Shown: positions 1 through 10,216, counted from the first letter of the stretch. The stretch is DNA of 64,000 nt from Chthonomonadales bacterium (GCA_049967475.1 JBMFSQ010000010.1:32001-96000); one strand, 5' to 3'. Notes: generated from the sequence alone by a model not told the origin. Made by a program: numbers and translations.

Positions 1-266
1 CGCGCGAGCGGGCAGAGATGCAAGATCGCGGACATCCGCATTCGTGCCTCGACGAGGTCCTGGAGATTGCCCGGGAGGCCCGCGTAACCCATCTGGGGCT
101 CTACCACCTTTCACGGCGGTACGACGACCATCATATTCGCAGCCGCGTGAGGGAACTGTGTATGCGCATGCGCCTCCCTTGCCCGGTGAGCGTGGCCCTA
201 CCGGGAACCCTTCATGAAGACCTCTTTGCCGACCCAGTTTGGAAGGGAATGCCCAACGGATCCTAG
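1..266 (+). CDS. MBL-fold metallohydrolase, RNase Z/BN-like (5'-truncated by window)
   Basis: C-terminus HPHS...EIAREARVTHLGLYHLSRRY resembles the RNase Z HS..A...A.V..L.L.H.S.RY motif; frame open to window edge. Confidence 0.7.
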   Translation, partial: RERAEMQDRGHPHSCLDEVLEIAREARVTHLGLYHLSRRYDDHHIRSRVRELCMRMRLPCPVSVALPGTLHEDLFADPVWKGMPNGS

Positions 267-323
267 AATGTTCGCCTGGTTCACAGTGCACGGTTTGGTA
301 TCTCTTATGGGAGCGCGCATCGC

Positions 324-1169
324 TTGACCAACGTCCCCACAACGCAACTCGCAGGTGCAGCGGCCCTAGCCGGCGCCGTGGCGCTGGCCTCGTGGGCCCT
401 GCGGATGCTCAACTTTTCCGGGGCGCTGGCTGCCTTTGCTGTGGGCTTCTTCATCTTCGCAGCCGGGTCCGTACCCTTTGCCGTCCCGTTGCTCTTGTTC
501 TTCCTTTCCAGCAGTGCGCTCTCGCGCGTAGGGACGAAGCGTAAATCCCTGGCAGCCATGCGCCAGGAAAAGGGTTCATCCCGCGATGCCTGGCAGGTCC
601 TGGCCAATGGTGCGGTACCAACCCTTTTCGCCATTGCCTACCATACCAGCCACCACGATCGAATGACCGTGCTCCTGTACCTATCCACCCTCGCTGCGGC
701 CAATGCGGACACGTGGGCTACGGAAATCGGCGGGCTTTGGCGCGGCCGGCCGCGGCTCGTGACCACACTCCGCCATGTCGAGCCCGGCACATCCGGAGGC
801 GTCACCCTGCTGGGCCTTGCCGCAAGCCTTGTCGGCGCGGGCGCCATCGCTGGAACCGCATGGCTCGTGTGGCCCCTCCTCCCGCCGGAACTTCGATGGT
901 GGCGAATTGACGCACCGGAACTCATAACCGTGGCATGGTCTGGCTTCCTTGGGGCTTATGCAGACAGCGTGCTTGGCGCTTCCGTGCAGGCGCGATACCG
1001 ATGCTCCGTATGTCAAATGGCCACGGAACGTCGTATTCACTGCGATGCGCCGTGCGATCTCAGCGGGGGTTCGGTATGGGTCAACAACGACGTCGTGAAC
1101 CTGTGGTCCGTGACCCTTGCTGCCGGCTTCGCGTGGATCCTGTTGCGTTATTTCGCGTACCCCATTTAA
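324..1169 (+). CDS. DUF92 family integral membrane protein
   Basis: RDAWQVLANG, AAANADTWATEIG, GTSGGVT, DSVLGA, NNDVVN motifs; multiple TM segments. Confidence 0.88.
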   Translation: MTNVPTTQLAGAAALAGAVALASWALRMLNFSGALAAFAVGFFIFAAGSVPFAVPLLLFFLSSSALSRVGTKRKSLAAMRQEKGSSRDAWQVLANGAVPTLFAIAYHTSHHDRMTVLLYLSTLAAANADTWATEIGGLWRGRPRLVTTLRHVEPGTSGGVTLLGLAASLVGAGAIAGTAWLVWPLLPPELRWWRIDAPELITVAWSGFLGAYADSVLGASVQARYRCSVCQMATERRIHCDAPCDLSGGSVWVNNDVVNLWSVTLAAGFAWILLRYFAYPI

Positions 1170-1330
1170 CATCCCGCGTGGGCTGCCTGAAGGATTCCGC
1201 GCGTGTCTGGAGGAAGTATGGAATACCAATGCGGAACATCAGGGGCGGGAGCCTCCGTCAAATAGTACAGAAGGTTTCGCCCGTTCCATTCGCCAGGCAG
1301 CGCGCGGGACCGAGTTCCAGGAGCTGAAGG

Positions 1331-2107
1331 ATGCCAAGAGGCCGCTTCCGAGCCTTTACACTCATCGAATTACTGACGGTAATCGCGATTATCGCGGTTC
1401 TGGCAGCCATTCTGCTGCCCGTATTCGCACGGGTCCGCGAGAGCGCTAGGCAAACCACCTGCCTTTCCAACCTCCACCAGATTAGCGTAGCCCTCAGTCT
1501 CTACCGCGACGACAACGGCGAATATCCACCCCTCCTCCTGGGATATGCCGAGAATGCCAACGGCTTGCCATGGGCTCCCGGCGATTCACCTGCGCCCGTA
1601 CCGGCCAACCGTATCCAGCACGGATACCTCCTCGGGAAGTATCTTCGCAACGATATCAACGTGTTCCATTGCCCGGACAACATGCATAACGACATGACGC
1701 AAGCATCCACTGCAGCATTCGCTCCGGGCAGTGTCCTCAGTGGTGCCGTCCCCAATGTGGGCGACCTTGGTATTGACGTGCCCGACGCCTATAAGAACCG
1801 CCCGCTCTACCTCTATACTTTCGACAGTTACGACCTCACTGCCTTGATAGATGCCAACGGCAACACCAACGGAAGCTTTGCACTGGTTTACAGCCGCAAC
1901 TGGACCGGCGGCAGCGGAACTTCCGACGCGCCCAACCAGCTCAAATACCGCAACGCCCCGCCGGATAAAACGGTGGTAGCCTGGTGCAACTACCATGTGG
2001 CGACCGCCCATGGCGAGATGTGCCCCGTTCTCCTGGCATCCGGAACCGCCAAGCCGCTCCCCTACCGCCGGGTCCTCCAACTCGGATGGAACCTGGCCAA
2101 CCAGTAG
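1331..2107 (+). CDS. Prepilin-type N-terminal cleavage/methylation protein (DUF1559-like)
   Basis: [57 protein letters not shown] upstream. Confidence 0.88.
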   Translation: MPRGRFRAFTLIELLTVIAIIAVLAAILLPVFARVRESARQTTCLSNLHQISVALSLYRDDNGEYPPLLLGYAENANGLPWAPGDSPAPVPANRIQHGYLLGKYLRNDINVFHCPDNMHNDMTQASTAAFAPGSVLSGAVPNVGDLGIDVPDAYKNRPLYLYTFDSYDLTALIDANGNTNGSFALVYSRNWTGGSGTSDAPNQLKYRNAPPDKTVVAWCNYHVATAHGEMCPVLLASGTAKPLPYRRVLQLGWNLANQ

Positions 2108-2227
2108 CCTCCTCCTGAACCGCGCGTGCGTCAGGGTGTTCCAGCGAACCGGGTTAAATCACTATTACCCGTCTCAATTTCGTCTCCTCTAAAAATTACC
2201 TGCGGCGAAGCCCAAACCCGCGGAGCA

Positions 2228-2259
2228 TGTGCTATACTCAAGATAACCCTAAGCTATCG
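2228..2259 (+). promoter_or_regulatory. Extended -10 promoter and putative DtxR-family operator
   Basis: TGcTATACT (-10 at 2233-2238) followed by CAAGATAACCCTAAGCTAT (2239-2257), 12/19 match to DtxR box TTAGGTTAGCCTAACCTAA. Confidence 0.55.
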
Positions 2260-2267
2260 AAAGGCCC

Positions 2268-3056
2268 ATGCCATCACGGAACATCTACCTGAGGGTACCT
2301 GCAACGTGCCGCCCGGTGACCATACGGGAGGCCGCTGCAACCCGCATCACCGAACCCGTGGAGGAGTATGTGGAAGGCATCTGGCGCCTCCAGAAGCAAG
2401 TGGCCACCGTAGGAACCGGCGAGATCGCCCAATACATGAATGTTGCGCCGGCGTCGGTAACCCCCATGCTCAAACGGATGGCCACATTGGGGCTTGTTGA
2501 GCATCGGCCCTATCAAGGAGTGCGATGCACAGACAAAGGCGAAGCCCTGGCCGTCGAACTGCTGCGCCGCCACCGCCTCATCGAATGCCTGCTGGTGGAC
2601 TTCCTGAAGCTCCCCTGGCACGGTGTGCATGATCTCGCCTGCAAGCTCGAGCACTACATCGGACCCGATGTGGCAGATCACATTGCCCGCGCGCTCGGCA
2701 GCCCCAGCCGCTGCCCCCACGGAAACCCGATCCTGGACACTACCCCGGATGGATCCATTCCCTTGGGAGATCTTCCCGTACCGGCTGCAGCGGAAGTGGT
2801 GAAAATAACCGACGAGCGAGAGGAGTTCTTACGCTATCTCACCACGCTGAGCCTCGTGCCCGGCACCCGCGTAGAACTGGTGGGCCGAACCCCCTTTGGA
2901 GACGTGCTTACCCTTCGCATTGAGGGGCGGGAGGAACCCGTAGCGGTAGGCGGCGAAGTATCCGCTTCCGTATACGTACAAAGCATTGGGGATGGAAGCT
3001 GTAATGAGGGCTCCACACCCGTGAGGAAGGCCCATGCCAAGGATACCGTTCTTTGA
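2268..3056 (+). CDS. DtxR/MntR-family metal-dependent repressor with C-terminal FeoA domain
   Basis: EEY..GI HTH (VAPASVTPMLKRM), RRHRLIE, ACKLEH, CPHGNPI and SH3-like tail; start uncertain. Confidence 0.9.
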   Translation: MPSRNIYLRVPATCRPVTIREAAATRITEPVEEYVEGIWRLQKQVATVGTGEIAQYMNVAPASVTPMLKRMATLGLVEHRPYQGVRCTDKGEALAVELLRRHRLIECLLVDFLKLPWHGVHDLACKLEHYIGPDVADHIARALGSPSRCPHGNPILDTTPDGSIPLGDLPVPAAAEVVKITDEREEFLRYLTTLSLVPGTRVELVGRTPFGDVLTLRIEGREEPVAVGGEVSASVYVQSIGDGSCNEGSTPVRKAHAKDTVL

Positions 3057-3627
3057 GATCATCCGAGGTGAGCGGCGGGCCGGCATTCATTATGCCCGGC
3101 CTTTAGACGAGGAGGGAGCGCCAGCGCCTCGCCGGCGCATCGTGATTGTGGGCAACCCCAACGTGGGGAAGAGCGTCATCTTCAATCGCCTCACGGGCCG
3201 CTACGTCACAGTGTCCAATTATCCCGGAACCACTGTAGAGATTGCCCGCGGCCGCGCCCAGATAGGAGACACCCTCTTCGAAGTGGTGGACACGCCGGGC
3301 ATGTATTCCCTGCGTCCGCTTTCTGAAGAGGAACGCGTGGGCCGCACCATCCTTCTCAATGAGCCCGCAGATGTCGTCCTCCAGGTGGTAGATGCCAAGA
3401 ACCTGGATCGGATGCTTCCCTTCACATTCCAATTGATCGAGGCCGGCTTCCGCCTCGTCCTCGTCGTGAACATGCTGGACGAGGCCGAGAGGCTGGGGAT
3501 CTCGCTGGACCTTCCTCGCCTCGCCCGCGAATTGGAGATCCCTGTGGTAGGAACCGTCGCACTCACCGGACGAGGCATTGACCGCTTGAAAGAGGTTCTC
3601 AATGAGCACGATCGCGCCGGAACCTGA
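3034..3627 (+). CDS. feoB: FeoB N-terminal GTPase domain (stand-alone)
   Basis: GNPNVGKS, NYPGTT, DTPG, NMLD motifs. Confidence 0.9.
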   Translation: MPRIPFFEIIRGERRAGIHYARPLDEEGAPAPRRRIVIVGNPNVGKSVIFNRLTGRYVTVSNYPGTTVEIARGRAQIGDTLFEVVDTPGMYSLRPLSEEERVGRTILLNEPADVVLQVVDAKNLDRMLPFTFQLIEAGFRLVLVVNMLDEAERLGISLDLPRLARELEIPVVGTVALTGRGIDRLKEVLNEHDRAGT

Positions 3628-5068
3628 TCGCCTTCTGGCGTTAGATACCGACATCGAAGAGGCTATCTCCCGCATTACGGAGCGAATGCGCGGAGAGTAT
3701 CCCATTTCGAGACGTGCCGTCGCCCTCCTACTCCTAGAGGATGACGCTGAAATTACGGACCTCGTGCGCCACGCCGAGGGAGAGGGCTTCGCTGCCGTTG
3801 CAGACATTATCGCCGCCCTGCGCAGCAGAGCTTCTGGACCGCTGGATGCAGAGATTACCATCCAGCGCCGCGAAGCGGCCCAGCGCCTCAGCAGCATCGT
3901 CATGGGCCGGCCCCAAGTGCAGCAAATCTCCTTCAATGAGCGCCTCAGCCGGCTCTGCATGTATCCCATCACGGGGCTGCCGATCCTAGCCTTCGTGCTG
4001 TGGTTCGGCCTGTATCAGTTCGTCGGCGTCTTCGGCGGCAAGACGTTGGTGGGATTACTCGAGGATAACCTCTTCGGCAAACATATCAACCCGTGGATGG
4101 TGGCCCAAGTACGCCATCTCATTCCATGGACGTGGCTTTCGGATCTATTTGTGGGCGAATACGGCATGTGGACCCTCGGGGTTACGTATGCTACGGCGCT
4201 CATCTTTCCCATCGTCGGGACCTTCTTCTTGGCCTTCTCGGTGCTGGAAGACAGCGGCTACTTCCCACGATTGGCTATGCTCATAGACCGCATCTTCAAG
4301 TCCATCGGCCTCAACGGCAAGGCCGTGATCCCCATTGTGTTAGGCTTCGGCTGCGACACCATGGCCACGATCGTCACGCGCATCCTGGAGACGCCTCGCG
4401 AACGCATCATCGCCACGTTCCTCCTGTCGCTGGCCATCCCCTGTTCGGCTCAGATCGGCGTCATGACCGTCCTCCTAGCGGGGCATCCCCGGGCGTTTGC
4501 ATTCTGGGTAGGCATTATGACGGTTATCTTCCTGCTCATCGGTTATCTGACCGCCAAACTTTTGCCCGGCGAAACAGCGCGCTTTGCCATGGAGATACCG
4601 CCCCTGCGCATCCCCAGCCTTTCCAACATCGCCGTGAAGACCTTTGCCCGCGTCCAATGGTATTTCTTAGAAGTGTTCCCGCTGTTCCTGTTCGCGAGCT
4701 TCATCATCTGGATCGGGCGTCTCACCGGCTTGTTCGAGGCTACTGTGCACGCGATGCGCCCCATTATGCGGCTGCTTGGGCTGCCGGATCAAACGGCGGA
4801 AGCCTTTCTCTTCGGCTTCTTCCGCAGGGATTATGGGGCGGCTGGTCTATACCGATTGCAGCAGAACCATATGCTCACAGGAAACCAGCTTTTGGTAAGC
4901 GTGGTGACGCTTACGATCTTCTTGCCCTGCATCGCCCAGTTCCTCATGATGAAGAAGGAACGGGGCCTTGCAATGGCTCTAGGAATGGCAGCGTTCATCT
5001 TCCCCTTTGCCATTGTAGTAGGCGCGACGCTCAACCTGCTTCTGGGGATGCTCCATGTGAGGGTATAA
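3602..5068 (+). CDS. feoB: FeoB membrane/gate domain
   Basis: LEDSGYFPRLA, GLNGKAVIP..LGFGC, AIPCSAQ, MEIPPLRIP, FLPCIA; own RBS GAGG. Confidence 0.9.
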   Translation: MSTIAPEPDRLLALDTDIEEAISRITERMRGEYPISRRAVALLLLEDDAEITDLVRHAEGEGFAAVADIIAALRSRASGPLDAEITIQRREAAQRLSSIVMGRPQVQQISFNERLSRLCMYPITGLPILAFVLWFGLYQFVGVFGGKTLVGLLEDNLFGKHINPWMVAQVRHLIPWTWLSDLFVGEYGMWTLGVTYATALIFPIVGTFFLAFSVLEDSGYFPRLAMLIDRIFKSIGLNGKAVIPIVLGFGCDTMATIVTRILETPRERIIATFLLSLAIPCSAQIGVMTVLLAGHPRAFAFWVGIMTVIFLLIGYLTAKLLPGETARFAMEIPPLRIPSLSNIAVKTFARVQWYFLEVFPLFLFASFIIWIGRLTGLFEATVHAMRPIMRLLGLPDQTAEAFLFGFFRRDYGAAGLYRLQQNHMLTGNQLLVSVVTLTIFLPCIAQFLMMKKERGLAMALGMAAFIFPFAIVVGATLNLLLGMLHVRV

Positions 5069-5073
5069 CGAGA

Positions 5074-5304
5074 TTGGAAGAGCAGGAACACACGTCCGGC
5101 GGGGCGACAACCCGGTGCGTCTTTTGTGGATATGAGTTCACAGAAGAGGAGGGCGCCCATGCTTGCGGGCGCTGCGCCCTTTTTGGAGGATGCCGGATGG
5201 TGAAGTGCCCGCGATGCGGCTACGAAATGCCGCAGACACCCAATCTCGTCAAAATGCTCAAGAAGTGGGGAAGGCGTGGGTCCGGAACATCTGGCCGAAG
5301 ATAG
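5074..5304 (+). CDS. Small Cys-rich protein (about 76 aa) in the feo operon
   Basis: TTG start just after feoB stop; CVFC-x12-CGRC-x5-C-x4-CPRCGYE; shown only as the tail of ORF 4093..5304. Confidence 0.75.
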   Translation: MEEQEHTSGGATTRCVFCGYEFTEEEGAHACGRCALFGGCRMVKCPRCGYEMPQTPNLVKMLKKWGRRGSGTSGRR

Positions 5305-5539
5305 AAGCGGAAGAGGCATCCGCCCCCTGCATACGCTCCACCGCGGCACTCGGGCGGTGGTCGTTGACCTTTCCAAGCTTTCGGCCCACGAGCGCAACAA
5401 ACTCATGGCGCTGGGCCTCATTCCCGGCGCGGATGTGCACGTGATCCAGCGCTTCCCCTCGTACGTAATCGCCGTCGGTTACACCCAACTCGCCCTGGAT
5501 CGCGAAACCGCGCGACTGATCCTCGTGCAACCGGTTTAG
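5276..5539 (+). CDS. feoA: FeoA family protein
   Basis: KLMALGLIPGADVHVIQRFPSYVIAVG..LAL. Confidence 0.85.
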   Translation: MGPEHLAEDRSGRGIRPLHTLHRGTRAVVVDLSKLSAHERNKLMALGLIPGADVHVIQRFPSYVIAVGYTQLALDRETARLILVQPV

Positions 5540-5548
5540 CCCTAACCC

Positions 5549-6367
5549 ATGAGTGACCCCACGTCATCCTGCATGCCCCCGCAGCCGCCTCAGCACGAAG
5601 CCACGCCTCCGGCCGATCCCATCCCGTTCACGCTCGTGGCATCCATATACGATGAGCTCATGCGGGATATCCCCTACAAATCGTGGGTTGAGCACGTTCG
5701 CCAAATCTGGCAAACGATGGGGCTGGCCCCAGTGCGCATCCTCGACCTGGCGTGCGGCACGGGCAACGCCACCCTTCTCTTCGCTGCCATGGGCCTTCAG
5801 GCGGTGGGAGTGGACCTTTCCCCTCAGATGATCTCCAGAGCCCGCAGGAAGGCACGCCGCGCCGGCTTCTCGATCCGATATTACGTGCAGAACGCCGCGA
5901 GCCTCCAGCTTCGGGAAGACCCCTTCGACGTGTGCGTGTCGCTCTTCGACAGCCTCAACTACGTGCTCTCTCCGGACCAATTGGCCGAAGTATTCCGGCG
6001 CGTCTTCGGGTGCCTCAAACCGGGCGGGCTTTTCGTTTTCGATATGAATTCTCCATTCGCCCTGGAGAATGGCTTCTTCGACCAGGACAACCTCGCCACG
6101 AGCGACCGCGTGCGCTACGTGTGGCGGAGCAGCTATGATGGCGCGCGGCGCCTTTGCACCGTTCAGATGCGCTTCTTCGTACGCGAGCGCGGCGTGGACC
6201 GCGAATTCGTTGAATGGCACACCCAGCGCGCCTATACTCAACAGGAAATCGAAGCATTGCTCGCATCGGCCGGCTTTGTTGAGATAGCGTGCACCCACGG
6301 GTACACCTTCATGCCCGTGCGCTTTACTACAGACCGCTATCTTTTCGTAGCACGAAGACCCCAGTGA
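5549..6367 (+). CDS. Class I SAM-dependent methyltransferase
   Basis: ILDLACGTG, GVDLSPQM, FDSLNY, LKPGGLFVFD. Confidence 0.9.
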   Translation: MSDPTSSCMPPQPPQHEATPPADPIPFTLVASIYDELMRDIPYKSWVEHVRQIWQTMGLAPVRILDLACGTGNATLLFAAMGLQAVGVDLSPQMISRARRKARRAGFSIRYYVQNAASLQLREDPFDVCVSLFDSLNYVLSPDQLAEVFRRVFGCLKPGGLFVFDMNSPFALENGFFDQDNLATSDRVRYVWRSSYDGARRLCTVQMRFFVRERGVDREFVEWHTQRAYTQQEIEALLASAGFVEIACTHGYTFMPVRFTTDRYLFVARRPQ

Positions 6368-6561
6368 GCGTTCGAGCGCGTCGCCATAGGCTCCCGCAAT
6401 AAGATGGATGTGCGGCAAGGCGCTCCGGTGTTTCAAACCGGCAAGCAGCGGGACCAATGCCGGCCCAACGCCGCTGCAAGCGGTTGGGCATCTCACCCCC
6501 GGCGCATCCCCGTTCCGGCTCCCTTTCCAACCCGGTTCCCGGGCTCGCGATGCGTACGGCG

Positions 6562-6591
6562 TTGACCGTGATGCGCGCGAAGTGCTAAACT
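6562..6591 (+). promoter_or_regulatory. Sigma70-type promoter of the gap operon
   Basis: TTGACC-N18-TAAACT with TGn extension. Confidence 0.55.
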
Positions 6592-6733
6592 CAGAGATGA
6601 GTTCCCCTGCGGGAACGTCGCCGAGTGCAGGTGAGCCGGCTCACCACATTGGTCGGCGAGCGCAGGGCAGCCAGGCCCTTAGGCGTCAGCAGATCCTTCC
6701 CGGGCTGCCTTCACACAGAAAGGAGTTTCACCC

Positions 6734-7750
6734 ATGGCCGTCAAGGTGGGTATCAACGGTTTCGGCCGCATCGGTCGCTTGAGCCTCCGAACGATCCTCC
6801 AGTACTACCCGAATGACATCGAGGTTGTTGCTCTCAACGACCTTACCGACGCGAAGACGAATGCGCATCTCTTCAAACACGACACGAACTACGGCGCATT
6901 CAACGGCACTGTAGAGGCGCAAGATAAGGACATCGTGGTAAACGGGCGCAGGATCACGGTCTATTCGGAACGGGACCCGGGCAAAATCCCGTGGCAGGAA
7001 CAGGGCGTGCAGATTGTTCTCGAGTCCACAGGTCTGTTCGTGGATCCCGAGAAGGCGGGCGCACACCTCAACGCCTCCACCGTGAAAAAGGTGATTATCT
7101 CCGCACCGGCTAAGGGCGATGTGCGCACCATCGTGCTCGGAGTAAACGAAGAAATGTACGATCCGGCCATGGACCACATCGTGTCCAACGCCTCCTGCAC
7201 CACCAACTGCCTGGCGCCCGTTGCCAAGGTCCTCAGCGACGAATTCGGCATCGAGGCGGCCCTCATGACGACGGTCCACTCGTACACCAACGACCAGAAG
7301 GTAGCCGATCAATTCCATAAGGATTTGAGGCGGGCGCGGGCAGCCGCCGAGTCCATCATTCCCACGTCCACCGGCGCAGCCAAAGCCATTGGGCTCGTAA
7401 TCCCAGAATTGCAGGGCAAAATGCACGGCATTGCCCTCCGGGTACCTACTCCCACGGTGTCTTTGGTGGATCTGGTTGCTACGACTACCAAGCCCACTAC
7501 AAAGGAAGCCGTAAACGATGCCATGCGAAAGGCAGCCGCAGGCCGAATGAAGGGCTACCTGCGGGTGGAAGACGAGCCGCTGGTGTCGTCCGACTTCATC
7601 GGGGAGCCTGCTTCTTCTGTGGTAGATGCCCTGGAGACCATGGTGATCGGCGACAACCATGTGAAGGTGTTGGCCTGGTACGACAACGAGTGGGGTTACT
7701 CGTGTCGCATCGCCGACTTGATCCACTATATCGCGCAGAAGGGCCTCTAG
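6734..7750 (+). CDS. gap: Type I glyceraldehyde-3-phosphate dehydrogenase
   Basis: [31 protein letters not shown]. Confidence 0.98.
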   Translation: MAVKVGINGFGRIGRLSLRTILQYYPNDIEVVALNDLTDAKTNAHLFKHDTNYGAFNGTVEAQDKDIVVNGRRITVYSERDPGKIPWQEQGVQIVLESTGLFVDPEKAGAHLNASTVKKVIISAPAKGDVRTIVLGVNEEMYDPAMDHIVSNASCTTNCLAPVAKVLSDEFGIEAALMTTVHSYTNDQKVADQFHKDLRRARAAAESIIPTSTGAAKAIGLVIPELQGKMHGIALRVPTPTVSLVDLVATTTKPTTKEAVNDAMRKAAAGRMKGYLRVEDEPLVSSDFIGEPASSVVDALETMVIGDNHVKVLAWYDNEWGYSCRIADLIHYIAQKGL

Positions 7751-7835
7751 CCCTGGCGCTCGGGCCAGCCACAGCACGGCCATCGGAGGCAACGGAGCTG
7801 CGCCGGCCCTTTCGTTGCAATGCGGAGAACCGGAG

Positions 7836-9032
7836 ATGAACAAGAAGACCATCGAAGATATCCCGGTCGCCGGCAAGCGCGTGCTGGTGCGCGTGGATTT
7901 CAATGTTCCCTTCGACAAGAGCGGCGCAATCTCGGATGATCGCCGTATTCGCGCTGCTTTGCCCACCATCCGATACCTGGTCGATCACGGAGCTCGGGTG
8001 ATCCTCGCCTCGCACCTGGGCCGACCCAAAGGCTCACCCGAGGATCGCCAGAAGTATTCCCTTCGCCCTGTGGCAGAGCGCCTCGGCCAAATCCTGGGCA
8101 AACCCGTGGCAATGGCTCCGGATTGCGTGGGACCGGAGGTCGAGCGGATGGCCGGCGCACTTCAACCGGGAGACGTGCTGCTCCTGGAGAATGTGCGCTT
8201 CCATCCCGAGGAAGAGAAGAACGACCCCGAGTTTGCCCGTAAGCTTGCTTCTTTGGCGGATCTTTACGTGAACGATGCCTTCGGTAGCGCGCATCGCGCC
8301 CATGCCTCTACCGAAGGCGTAGCACACGATCTGCCTGCCGTCGCCGGGTTCCTCATGCAGAAGGAGATAGACTTCCTGGGCGGTGCCCTCGAAAATCCCA
8401 AGAGGCCCTTCGTCTCCGTTCTGGGAGGGAAGAAGGTAGCCGACAAGATCGGCGTCATCGAGAACCTGGCCGGAAAGGTAGACCGCCTCATCGTAGGAGG
8501 CGGCATGGCCTACACATTCCTAAAGGCCAAAGGGTTGGAGATCGGCGCATCCATCCTGGACGAGGCTTCGCTGGACTACTGCGCCCAAGTGATCTCCCGC
8601 CTAGGGGATCGCCTCCTGCTTCCCGTGGACGTTATCGTTGCCGACGGCAGCCCTTGGGATCAGCCCCTGGAGGCGATCCGGACACAAGTGGTACCCGTTG
8701 ACGCGATCCCGGCAGGTTGGCAAGGCGTAGATATTGGACCCCGCACGCGGGAACTTTTTGCCGAGGCGGTCCGTGGGGCAGGCACGATCGTCTGGAATGG
8801 CCCCATGGGCATCTTCGAGTTCGAGCCCTTTGCAGAAGGCACCCGCGCCATGGCATCGGCCCTCGCCGCATCCGGCGCAGTCACCATCGTAGGCGGTGGC
8901 GAGTCGGCAGCCGCGGTGGAACAAATGGGGTTCGCCGATCGCATCACCCACATCTCTACGGGTGGAGGGGCTTCACTGGAGTTCCTGGAAGGCAAGCCGC
9001 TGCCGGGCGTCGTTGCTTTGCTGGACAAATAG
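7836..9032 (+). CDS. pgk: Phosphoglycerate kinase
   Basis: [45 protein letters not shown]. Confidence 0.98.
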   Translation: MNKKTIEDIPVAGKRVLVRVDFNVPFDKSGAISDDRRIRAALPTIRYLVDHGARVILASHLGRPKGSPEDRQKYSLRPVAERLGQILGKPVAMAPDCVGPEVERMAGALQPGDVLLLENVRFHPEEEKNDPEFARKLASLADLYVNDAFGSAHRAHASTEGVAHDLPAVAGFLMQKEIDFLGGALENPKRPFVSVLGGKKVADKIGVIENLAGKVDRLIVGGGMAYTFLKAKGLEIGASILDEASLDYCAQVISRLGDRLLLPVDVIVADGSPWDQPLEAIRTQVVPVDAIPAGWQGVDIGPRTRELFAEAVRGAGTIVWNGPMGIFEFEPFAEGTRAMASALAASGAVTIVGGGESAAAVEQMGFADRITHISTGGGASLEFLEGKPLPGVVALLDK

Positions 9033-9048
9033 GATCCGGGAGGGAGAC

Positions 9049-9732
9049 GTGAACTATTCCGCACCCTTTGGAGGCCGCACAGTGGCGTCCGCTCCGCCGG
9101 ACGTCAGAGCGGCGTTCATCCGCAAGGTGTACCATTTGTTCTTTGTCTCCCTCTTGGTAACCGTCGGCACGGGATATGTGGCCGCTTTGCCCGGCATTCG
9201 TCCGGCAATGATCGCGCTCCTGCCTGTGCTCATCATCGGCGAGTTGGTGTGCGGGTTGATCCTGGCCTTTGTACGCCGCACGACCGGCATCAACGTCGCC
9301 CTCCTGTACGTTTTTTCGGCTCTTCAAGGGGCTGTTCTCGGCCCCGTCCTCACCCTAATGGAGCGGGTCGCGCCCGGAGTGCCCGCAGAAGCTGCCATCC
9401 TTACAGTCGCGGTTTTCGGTGGCCTGTCGCTCTACGTGCTCCAGACTGGGCGGGATTTCAGCTACTTGGGCGGCATGTTGACGGCGGGCATCATCGCGAT
9501 GGTCGTAGCCGGCATCGTGATGTTCTTTGTCCACTCTTCTCTGGTCCATACCCTGTACTGCGTGATCGGGATCCTCATCTTCAGCGGCTACGTTCTCTAC
9601 GACACATCTATGATCATGCATAGGCTCGGGCCGGACGAGGCGGTGGCAGGCGCCATCAGTATCTACCTGGACCTGATCAACCTTTTCTGGCTGATCCTCA
9701 ACCTCCTCATGGAACTGAACCGAAAGGACTGA
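9049..9732 (+). CDS. Bax inhibitor-1/YccA family membrane protein
   Basis: RAAFIRKVY, DFSYLG, YVLYDT, IYLDLINLF; GTG start after GGGAG. Confidence 0.9.
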   Translation: MNYSAPFGGRTVASAPPDVRAAFIRKVYHLFFVSLLVTVGTGYVAALPGIRPAMIALLPVLIIGELVCGLILAFVRRTTGINVALLYVFSALQGAVLGPVLTLMERVAPGVPAEAAILTVAVFGGLSLYVLQTGRDFSYLGGMLTAGIIAMVVAGIVMFFVHSSLVHTLYCVIGILIFSGYVLYDTSMIMHRLGPDEAVAGAISIYLDLINLFWLILNLLMELNRKD

Positions 9733-9763
9733 AGCGCATAGCGGCGCTGGAAGAACGACGATC

Positions 9764-10216
9764 ATGACCGAAGAGATTTACACGTTTCGCCAGTCATCGG
9801 AGTGGAGCGGCGGCTCCGACGGGGACGGCGTTCTCCACGGCGAAGGATACACAATCGAATACGGCCGCCCCAAGGAATTAGGCGGGAAGGCTGGGCGCAT
9901 CAGCCCGGAAGAGATGCTCCTCAGCTCCATAGCGGCATGTTACAGCATCACTTTGGCGATTATCGCCGAGCGCCGCCGCATCCCCATTACGGATATCCAC
10001 GTAGAGATCGAGGGCGACGTGATCCGCGAGCAAGGCGGAACCCTGCGCTTCACCGTGATCCGCATCTTTCCGCGCATCAAAGTGGCAAGTGACGATGCAT
10101 CCGTGCTCGAGGCTGCCATGGCCATCGCCCACAAAACCGATAAGTACTGCCTCATATCCAATGCTGTCCGCACGAGCGTGCAGATGCAGATCGTACCGGA
10201 GATTATACCAGGGTGA
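9764..10216 (+). CDS. OsmC/Ohr family protein
   Basis: SPEEMLLSSIAAC and KYCLISNA (both cysteines present). Confidence 0.85.
   Translation: MTEEIYTFRQSSEWSGGSDGDGVLHGEGYTIEYGRPKELGGKAGRISPEEMLLSSIAACYSITLAIIAERRRIPITDIHVEIEGDVIREQGGTLRFTVIRIFPRIKVASDDASVLEAAMAIAHKTDKYCLISNAVRTSVQMQIVPEIIPG

Noticed and set aside
4093..5073. 403-aa ORF 4093..5304 as one gene
   Set aside because: Most of it is an off-frame shadow of feoB; only the Cys-rich tail from 5074 looks coding
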